From assembly GCA_043228905.1 (NCBI GenBank), contig JBHGNT010000004.1, forward strand, positions 17,670,001 to 17,734,000: a stretch of 64,000 nt of DNA. Reading direction: 5' to 3'. Position numbers and translations under genes: made by a program. The stretch comes from Azolla caroliniana (lineage: Eukaryota > Plantae > Polypodiophyta). The notes under the pieces are model-generated. The model was not told where the DNA came from and did no database searches. It saw only the letters and a list, made by a program, of their open reading frames with translations. Shown here in pieces: positions 14,601 to 22,412 of the stretch (position 1 is its first letter; every line of letters begins with the position of its first letter).

Positions 14601-15089
14601 TTTTCCGCCATTCAACCGCATGCACTTGATCTTCCTCTCCGTTTCCTGTTCAACCAAGCTTTGAAGGTTCCGGAAACACTCGAAGACTTTGCTCTTCCTC
14701 TCAATGAGGTAGATCCACGTGTGCCGGCTGTAGTTGTCGATGAAGGAGACAAAATACTGACTCCTGCCAAGACTAACGTTCTGTGCCGGTTCCCATACAT
14801 CCGAATGGATTAGGTTGAGCTTGTTACGGCTCCGGTTTCGTTCGGTGGGGAATGGAAGCTGGTGTTGCTTCTCAAGTTGGGAGGATTCACAAATTTCGGC
14901 TTTCCAGCTGCTAAATTTCGGCAACCAAAAACAACTTGTTTCGATTGCAGGTCTTGAAGCCTCTGGTAGTTGACGTGGCCGATCCGCATGTACCACAAGT
15001 CGATGTCCGACTCGACCTTTTGCCCTTTCGCAAACATAGCGGTGCCGATGTCATTAGTGTTGAGGATGAACATTCTCCCGTCTCTACGC

Positions 15090-15917
15090 TGTCGTAGTGT
15101 AGGTTGCACACTATGTGGAAATTATATTTTTGTCCCTCCGGATAGAGAATGGAGTGCTCGGTGAGAACCGGAAGAAAACGGCATACCGGCAAGGAGGAAA
15201 AACGGCATACCGGCAAGGAGGAAAACGGCATACCGGCAAGGAAGAAAACGGCATACCGGCAAGGAAGAGCCGGATAAAGAGACATAAATGTAAAAAGAAA
15301 GGAAATACTCACTACTGCACAGGGCGTGATTCGAACTCTACACCTCCACGTTGACAAACCCCAACCTTACCATTACATTAAATTATCTTAAGTGTTTTAA
15401 ATATAGATTTAATATGTATAAGACCTTTATTTATGCATACCTTTATTAAAAGGTGAATCGTGTATTTCTTTAATATATGAAAAAGAAAAAAACACGAGAC
15501 ACTAAAAATAACTCATGCACATCTAGCGTGCATGAGCCCTATACTTAGGAAATAAAAAAAGCATCACATGCACATTTAGTGTGCATGAACATATGAGAAA
15601 AAGCATGTAGCTATGCTTAGTCTCTCCCATCACTATATAAGGATGGGGAGCACATTGTAGTTGTTGTTGATTATTTGGATTAAGTATTAATTAATACAAA
15701 AATTATTCGTGGGATTCACGATTTATACGTCTACTTCTCTCTTAACACCCTAAGTACCAATTAATATAGTATACTCGTGTGATTCACGAGTTTCTTATCT
15801 TTCTCTTCGTTATTTATTCATAATTAATCTCTATCTCACGAACTTCTTTCTCCTAGTCCAAGACCTCTGTGGTTCCCACCCGACTCACGCAACGATCCGG
15901 AGCCGAAAGGCACGACA
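15090..15917 (+). repeat. 5' LTR of intact Gypsy
   Basis: Contains about four 22-23-bp tandem units (AAAACGGCATACCGGCAAGGA) at 15173-15265, an antisense A/B box module at 15325-15381 and TATATAA near 15634. Confidence 0.95.
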
Positions 15918-15921
15918 CAGT

Positions 15922-15939
15922 TGGTGAACCCGACGTGAA
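15922..15939 (+). promoter_or_regulatory. Primer binding site, tRNA-Trp
   Basis: TGGTGAACCCGACGTGAA is the 18-nt complement of the plant cytosolic tRNA-Trp 3' end (TTCACGTCGGGTTCA-CCA, recalled sequence), 4 nt after the LTR. Confidence 0.88.
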
Positions 15940-15955
15940 GACGGGTGGCAAGGAG

Positions 15956-17995
15956 ATGGAGGCTCAACAAGCTAACAATATGATGGCGATGTTCGAACGG
16001 ATGCTTCAAGAACAACGCACGATGTCGGAGATTTCGGCATCAGTAGAGCGGCTCGTGCAACGCAACGGGCAATTTAATGGTAAGGATGTGTCGCGATATT
16101 TGCAGGACTACAAGGCGGAGATGCTCCGGTGCCGGGCTTCGGAAGGACTGCAAGTGACATCCTTTAACCGGGTGGCGACCGACGGGCTTCAAGGGAGTAT
16201 CCACGGGTTGCAACAACAAAATCCGACGTGGGAAGCATTCGAAGAGGCGTTAAAGACCACGTTTGCCATCGAGGACTCCTCCAAGGCAACGCGGAGGGGA
16301 TTCGAGGATTGGGTGGAAACGTCAGGTAAGGGGCTGAAGGTCCTCGAACTGTTTTCGACATTCGAAAGTCGGTTCGGGAGGTTGTCTGCGAGAGATCAAA
16401 CTATTCTTGCACCGGACAAAGTCATCATGTTTTTGCGAGCTGTGGACGTCCGGGACCGGAAAGATCTCGGAGTGCTTCTTGAGGACACGACCACTGAAAG
16501 CGGCCTCACCGAAACATGGGAAAGCGTGCGGGATATCGTCGCGCGGTACACGAAGAGGGGGCAATGGCTTGCCAACGAAGAAAAGAGGGTTTCGGAACCG
16601 ATTCCGAAACCGAGAACGGGACTGGAAGACCATCAACCGAGGGCTCGGGAGATTACGGCCGAGAAGGGAGTCGACGCGTCTACGGTGGAGCAGCTGCTGA
16701 AGGAGATGGAGAATCTAAAGATCGCGATGGTGAAGAAGTCGGATGACCGCCCCACAAGCTCCAAATATACGGATCGACGGTGCATATGGTGCGATAGCGC
16801 CGAACACGATCGGAGGGATTGCGACGACCATAAGGAGGCGCTACGACGGGATCTCATCTACTACGAGGGAAACCGGATTCATTCGATGGACTCTCGGAAG
16901 CCACTCCGACCGAACTTCCGGAAAGGCGGCATGAAGAAGGTGCTCGAGGAGGAGTTAGCGGCAAGAAGCAACTATGCGACAACCGCGGGAATATGTGTCG
17001 GGGAGTCAACGGGAGCGAAGGCGTCTTTCTGGCCGGAGGTGCTAGGAAACACCGAGAAAACCGACTCCAACGATATCCGAAACACCGCGGAAGGCGTCTG
17101 GGAAGCTACGGGATGGGAGTGCCCCGTCGACAAGAATAGCATATACGCCCTGTGTCAATTACATGAGGTGTATGTGGACGAGAAACGACGGCGCACGGAG
17201 GATGCGGCCGGACCATCGAAGATACCGGAAAGTTGGAACTCCGGAGGTAAGGGAAAAGAAAAGGCGACTCCGGCATTCAAGCTCGCCTCAGACATAGAAC
17301 AACAAACCGACTTGAAAAGAGTGTTCGAGGAAAGAATCTTGGATAGCCGGGTCAATTTTTCGCTGCGGGAACTACTCGGAATAGCGAAGAAGGAGTTTCA
17401 CGATCTTCTCGTGGATCTTGTGAAAAGGAAGAGACAAAGTACGGAGGAAAATGCTCCAAGGGTGAATGCAAATACCGTTTCAATGAACGACACCGAAGTG
17501 GAAGGCGAAATTCCGAACTCCCACTATACAAGGCCACACTGGGCACGTGCGACTACGGAGACTCCGGTCCGAATCGGCAACATCAAAGAACCCGTGCTAG
17601 CATTGATTGATCACGGATCGGAGATCAACTTGATGTCCAAGGAGTTCTACCGAAAGGGGAAGTGGCCTATAAACACCAACCATGGATGGAAGATTCGGGC
17701 AGCCACGAAAACGACAGAAGACCTATTTGCGGCTTGTCCGGATGTGACGGTAAAGATCGGGGATGTAGAAATTGACCAAAATTTCTTTGTGCAGGATGAG
17801 GTTTCACATTCTGTCATCCTCGGCCAACCCTTTATCACGGCTTCACGGATGGAGACGAAGGTGCTCGATAGTGGTGCGGCTTTTGCGCGAATTCGGAGCC
17901 AAAACGGAGGGAAATCCGTCCAATTCCTAACGGTGCCGGCAAATCACGAAAGGAACAAGAGGGAACTCTTGTCCCAAGTGAAAATGGATTTTTAA
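15956..17995 (+). CDS. gag: Gag-protease polyprotein
   Basis: First ATG after the PBS. CCHC knuckle CIWCDSAEHDRRDC; aspartic protease ALIDHGSEINL...VILGQPF. Confidence 0.9.
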   Translation: MEAQQANNMMAMFERMLQEQRTMSEISASVERLVQRNGQFNGKDVSRYLQDYKAEMLRCRASEGLQVTSFNRVATDGLQGSIHGLQQQNPTWEAFEEALKTTFAIEDSSKATRRGFEDWVETSGKGLKVLELFSTFESRFGRLSARDQTILAPDKVIMFLRAVDVRDRKDLGVLLEDTTTESGLTETWESVRDIVARYTKRGQWLANEEKRVSEPIPKPRTGLEDHQPRAREITAEKGVDASTVEQLLKEMENLKIAMVKKSDDRPTSSKYTDRRCIWCDSAEHDRRDCDDHKEALRRDLIYYEGNRIHSMDSRKPLRPNFRKGGMKKVLEEELAARSNYATTAGICVGESTGAKASFWPEVLGNTEKTDSNDIRNTAEGVWEATGWECPVDKNSIYALCQLHEVYVDEKRRRTEDAAGPSKIPESWNSGGKGKEKATPAFKLASDIEQQTDLKRVFEERILDSRVNFSLRELLGIAKKEFHDLLVDLVKRKRQSTEENAPRVNANTVSMNDTEVEGEIPNSHYTRPHWARATTETPVRIGNIKEPVLALIDHGSEINLMSKEFYRKGKWPINTNHGWKIRAATKTTEDLFAACPDVTVKIGDVEIDQNFFVQDEVSHSVILGQPFITASRMETKVLDSGAAFARIRSQNGGKSVQFLTVPANHERNKRELLSQVKMDF

Positions 17996-18049
17996 AGCGG
18001 ACTGTTGCGGAGTGGGGAAGTGATAGTCCGAGAAGCCCTGATACCCCAC
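17986..18049 (+). promoter_or_regulatory. -1 ribosomal frameshift signal (slippery heptamer plus H-type pseudoknot)
   Basis: G GAT TTT at 17986-17992; stem 17998-18008/18020-18030; loop GTGGGG (18012-18017) pairs with CCCCAC (18044-18049); the -1 frame is open into pol. Confidence 0.85.
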
Positions 18050-21000
18050 ACAGGAAGAAAACTCTCGGAGCAAAACAAGTACGAATCGGCCCGGATGGGG
18101 CATCTACGTACACGGCCGTAACCGGAGGAATGAAGAAACAATACCGACAAGTGGAGGATAAGTTACGGTCGGCATCAATAATAAAAGAAGACGAAGAAAT
18201 CGTGGAAGTAATCGAGGAAGTGTTCTATGGGAATACACTACAACGGCTTGAAGAGCTTGTGGAAGATAAAAGCCAAGGGAACCGGGTAGTCCCGGTGGAA
18301 TCGGTCGAGATGTACGAGATCGTTGCGAAAATGGGGCCGGATGCGCTCCGCAAAGAAGAAGCAATGGTAAGTACGAAATACAAGACCGTGGAGAAGAAGG
18401 TGAAACCGGCCGCGGGACCACTACCCGCCGATAGCGAACAAAAGAAGAAAGAAGTCTCGGGAGATCCGACACTTCGGAAGTCCGTGGATATCGGACATGC
18501 CTTCACAGATGAGACCCGGAAGAAACTTCGGATCGGTGGAGGTGGGTTCCTCTTACAAGAAGAAGAAAAACGGTTTCGAGAGATGTTGGAGCAACATGGC
18601 AAAGCATTCGCGTTCACATCGAGGGAGATCGGATGCATTGATCCAAAGATAGTGGAGCCGATGGTGATTTTCACGATTGATCATGTACCGTGGAACCTGA
18701 AGCCGATTCCGGTGCCACGGGCGCATATTCCGAAAGTCATCGACTTGCTCAAGGAGAAGGTGGCGATGGGGATTCTAGAGCCATCAAGTGCTCCGTACTC
18801 AAATCGATGGTTTACGGTTCCGAAGAAGAATGGGTCACTCCGATTCATCCAAGACTTGCAACCGGTGAACAAGGTCACGATCCGGAACTCGGGAGTCGGT
18901 CCGATAGTGGACGAATTCGCGGAAGCTTTTGCCGGACGTGCGATATACTCCATCGGGGACCTATACTCGGGGTATGACCAATTCCAACTAGCCGTGGAGA
19001 GCCGAGACATCACTACCATGCGGACACCGATAAGACTAGTTCGAATGTGCACACTACCACAAGGAGCGACAAACTCGGTTGCACATATGATGAACGCGAT
19101 GAACAAGGTGCTTCGAGATTGCATCCCGGAGATAACGATGCCGTTTCTAGATGACATTCCGATGAAAGGATGCGCGGTGGAAGAAAAAGATGAGACTATG
19201 GATGATCGGGGATGCCGAAAGTTCGTGGTCGACCATATTCATGATTGCGAGAAAGTGTTGCGAAAGCTAGAAGATGTGCACCTAACACTTTCCGGGGAGA
19301 AATCGGCATTCGGGCAAGAAGAAATATTGGTGGTCGGACATCTATGTGGACCCTACGGCCGAAGACCGTCACCAACAAAGATCGATGCGATTCAAGCTAT
19401 GAAGGAAGTATGTGAGTCAACATCGGAAGTCCGAAGGTTTCTGGGTGCGTGTGCATTCTATCACATATGGATTCCGCACTATGCACATATAGCGGACCCG
19501 CTCTATCACTTGTTGCGGAAAGGTAAGAAATTCGAGTGGAAACCGGAACACACTAAAGCCATGAGGAAGCTCAAGAAGACACTATGGAGGGCGGAATCAC
19601 TTAAGAAGCCAAGCTACGAGCGGCCAATCATAGTAACGGTTGATACAAGTCCAACCGGTATCGGGTGGGTCATCAATCAAGCCGACTCGGATGGTTCGCG
19701 GTATCCGATCCGATTTGGAGCAAAGGTCCTCAACGAAAGGCAACGCGGATATGCACAAGTCAAAAGAGAGTTGTGGGGAGTCGTGTCGGCGATAAAATCG
19801 GATCGGGATTATTTGATCGGAGCTGAAGTGGTGATCGAGACGGATTGTCTTCCGATACTCGGGATGATGCGGTGTTGTACGATACCGGATGTGGCTATGC
19901 TAAGGTGGATTGCATATGTCAAGTCACTTAATCCGGAGGTTCGACACATCTCGGGGAAGGACAACGCGGTAGCGGACATGTTATCGAGGGCGCGGTTTGA
20001 AGACGACATAACCGAATCAGATAATGAAGAAGTTTCCGAAGACTACTTCACGTCAGAACACATATGCCGAGTGAACGTGGTCCGAGAATTCCGGGAAGAA
20101 GAATACGAGGGGGAAACCTTGATGATCGGGAAGATGCTACAAGAGGTCGAGGATTCAACCAATGATAAAGAAAGGAGAGCCGAGATCCGAAGGAAGAAGA
20201 GGCAAGTCCAAAAGTTCTTCTTGGAAAACGGTTTAATATGGAGGACGCCGAAAAGACCGGATGGGATACCACTTCGAGTAGTCGGGACGAAAGAGCAACG
20301 AAACCGGATAATGTCCGAGTTCCACGAATCCGATTGGGCTGGACATCGAGGAACATGGGCAACTTTTGTGAAAATCAAGCAAAGATATTGGTGGAAGAAC
20401 ATGTATAAAGATATCGCGGAGTTCATAGAAAGCTGCGAGAAATGTCAAGTCTACTCCGGGGTCCGACACCGAGATGAGCTGCATCCGACATTCTCACCGA
20501 CAATCAACTTCAAGTGGATGGTCGACATTGTAGCTATGCCGACCGGGATTGGACAAAAGAAATACTTGGTGTTAGCTCGAGAAGATCTCACAAACCAAGT
20601 TGAAGGTCGAGCGCTTCGGAGGAAAACGTGTGCCGCGGTGTGCCAATTTCTTTTGGAAGAAGTGTTTTGTAGGTACGGCTGCGTAGGACAAGTGATTGCG
20701 GACCGGGGAGAACTCGACTCGGACAAAGCTAGGGGATTCTTCGCCAAACATGGAGTTCGGTTAACGTTGACAACGGCCTACAATCCGGAGGCCAACGGGA
20801 AGATCGAACGAGGACATAGTCCGATCGTGAAAGCACTTGCGAAGGCATGCGACGGAAGGGTGAAGGATTGGCCACAAATGCTTCCGTATGCACTATGGGC
20901 GGATCGGACGACGCATAGCTCCGTGACCGGTTACATGCCGGCAGAACTCATGACCGGACAAGCACCGGTAATGCCAACGGAAACCGCAATCGCGACATGG

Positions 21001-21597
21001 ACAATACTACCGTGGAAGGAAGAGATGAGTCGGGAAGAACTACTAGCGGTCCGGATACGACAACTGGAGGGAAGACCGAAAGATGTAGCGGAAGCGTCAC
21101 GCCGACAACAAGAAGCACGGTTCCGGAACAAAAGCCGGTTCGACACAAAGCACCGACTACGACCGAGGAGGATTGAAGAAGGAGATTGGGTGATCGTCTA
21201 TGATAGTAGCTTGGACCATCAACATACAACGATGCGGAAATTCGCGAAAAGGTGGTTCGGGCCGTACGAGGTTCGGAAGGTCTTCGACAACGGGACGTAC
21301 CGACTGTCCGAGTTGGATGGAACAATACTACGAGTGCCTATAGCCGGGAAGCGGGTGAAGATTTTCAAGAAGCGGACCGACGACAAACCTTATGTGATCC
21401 AAGTCGAGGCCGACAACGAGGAGCAATCGGACGAAGACCACAATGATGCGGGAAGCGAAGAAAGTGGATTACAACTCATAGTCGACATAAGGGGAGCATC
21501 GGAGGAAGCTTCGGATGAAGACGGATACGAAGAATCAAGAACTTCGGCACATACCGGAGGATGTGCGGGTTTGGAGGGGGCGAGTGTCGTAGTGTAG
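17992..21597 (+). CDS. pol: Pol (RT-RNase H-integrase), likely expressed by -1 frameshift
   Basis: RT LPQG..FLDD, RH VTVDTSPTGIG, integrase HHCC (FHESDWAGH..CEKC), DDE (MVDIV, ADRG, IERGH), WFGPY; acidic tail, no chromodomain. The first in-frame ATG is at 18130. Confidence 0.93.
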   Translation, partial: LKRTVAEWGSDSPRSPDTPHRKKTLGAKQVRIGPDGASTYTAVTGGMKKQYRQVEDKLRSASIIKEDEEIVEVIEEVFYGNTLQRLEELVEDKSQGNRVVPVESVEMYEIVAKMGPDALRKEEAMVSTKYKTVEKKVKPAAGPLPADSEQKKKEVSGDPTLRKSVDIGHAFTDETRKKLRIGGGGFLLQEEEKRFREMLEQHGKAFAFTSREIGCIDPKIVEPMVIFTIDHVPWNLKPIPVPRAHIPKVIDLLKEKVAMGILEPSSAPYSNRWFTVPKKNGSLRFIQDLQPVNKVTIRNSGVGPIVDEFAEAFAGRAIYSIGDLYSGYDQFQLAVESRDITTMRTPIRLVRMCTLPQGATNSVAHMMNAMNKVLRDCIPEITMPFLDDIPMKGCAVEEKDETMDDRGCRKFVVDHIHDCEKVLRKLEDVHLTLSGEKSAFGQEEILVVGHLCGPYGRRPSPTKIDAIQAMKEVCESTSEVRRFLGACAFYHIWIPHYAHIADPLYHLLRKGKKFEWKPEHTKAMRKLKKTLWRAESLKKPSYERPIIVTVDTSPTGIGWVINQADSDGSRYPIRFGAKVLNERQRGYAQVKRELWGVVSAIKSDRDYLIGAEVVIETDCLPILGMMRCCTIPDVAMLRWIAYVKSLNPEVRHISGKDNAVADMLSRARFEDDITESDNEEVSEDYFTSEHICRVNVVREFREEEYEGETLMIGKMLQEVEDSTNDKERRAEIRRKKRQVQKFFLENGLIWRTPKRPDGIPLRVVGTKEQRNRIMSEFHESDWAGHRGTWATFVKIKQRYWWKNMYKDIAEFIESCEKCQVYSGVRHRDELHPTFSPTINFKWMVDIVAMPTGIGQKKYLVLAREDLTNQVEGRALRRKTCAAVCQFLLEEVFCRYGCVGQVIADRGELDSDKARGFFAKHGVRLTLTTAYNPEANGKIERGHSPIVKALAKACDGRVKDWPQMLPYALWADRTTHSSVTGYMPAELMTGQAPVMPTETAIATWTILPWKEEMSREELLAVRIRQLEGRPKDVAEASRRQQEARFRNKSRFDTKHRLRPRRIEEGDWVIVYDSSLDHQHTTMRKFAKRWFGPYEVRKVFDNGTYRLSELDGTILRVPIAGKRVKIFKKRTDDKPYVIQVEADNEEQSDEDHNDAGSEESGLQLIVDIRGASEEASDEDGYEESRTSAHTGGCAGLEGASVVV
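21573..21584 (+). promoter_or_regulatory. Polypurine tract
   Basis: GGAGGGGGCGAG immediately before the 3' LTR. Confidence 0.85.
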
Positions 21598-22412
21598 GTT
21601 GCACACTATGTGGAAATTATATTTTTGTCCCTCCGGATAGAGAATGGAGTGCTCGGTGAGAACCGGAAGAAAACGGCATACCGGCAAGGAGGAAAAACGG
21701 CATACCGGCAAGGAGGAAAACGGCATACCGGCAAGGAAGAAAACGGCATACCGGCAAGGAAGAGCCGGATAAAGAGACATAAATGTAAAAAGAAAGGAAA
21801 TACTCACTACTGCACAGGGCGTGATTCGAACTCTGCACCTCCACGTTGACAAACCCCAACCTTACCATTACATTAAATTATCTTAAGTGTTTTAAATATA
21901 GATTTAATATGTATAAGACCTTTATTTATGCATACCTTTATTAAAAGGTGAATCGTGTATTTCTTTAATATATGAAAAAGAAAAAAACACGAGACACTAA
22001 AAATAACTCATGCACATCTAGCGTGCATGAGCCCTATACTTAGGAAATAAAAAAAGCATCACATGCACATTTAGTGTGCATGAACATATGAGAAAAAGCA
22101 TGTAGCTATGCTTAGTCTCTCCCATCACTATATAAGGATGGGGAGCACATTGTAGTTGTTGTTGATTATTTGGATTAAGTATTAATTAATACAAAAATTA
22201 TTCGTGGGATTCACGATTTATACGTCTACTTCTCTCTTAACACCCTAAGTACCAATTAATATAGTATACTCGTGTGATTCACGAGTTTCTTATCTTTCTC
22301 TTCGTTATTTATTCATAATTAATCTCTATCTCACGAACTTCTTTCTCCTAGTCCAAGACCTCTGTGGTTCCCACCCGACTCACGCAACGATCCGGAGCCG
22401 AAAGGCACGACA
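21585..22412 (+). repeat. 3' LTR of intact Gypsy
   Basis: Near-identical copy of 15090-15917. Confidence 0.95.

Larger units (their letters stand above)
15090..22412 (+). mobile_element. Intact young Gypsy LTR retrotransposon (non-chromovirus, tRNA-Trp primed)
   Basis: 828-bp LTRs 15090-15917 and 21585-22412 with TGTCGT..ACGACA termini, only one substitution noticed between them; 4-bp TSD ACGC; PBS; PPT; uninterrupted ORFs. Confidence 0.97.

Noticed and set aside
15173-15265. CRISPR-like appearance of short repeats (also 32077-32150 and 55960-56085)
   Set aside because: Head-to-tail repeats with no unique spacers, in a eukaryotic TE context.
15115-15354. 79-aa basic ORF in both LTRs, and its antisense ORFs
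   Set aside because: Produced by stop-free tandem repeats; absent from the partner LTR; no domain.
15869-15955. Shared N-terminus MVPTRLTQRSGAERHDTVGEPDVK of both Gag ORFs
   Set aside because: GTG start inside U5. The identity is explained by conserved cis signals (U5, att, PBS); the ATG at 15956 is the likelier start.
21400-21597. Possible env or chromodomain after integrase
   Set aside because: Only a short acidic tail runs into the PPT; no transmembrane segment or chromodomain residues.
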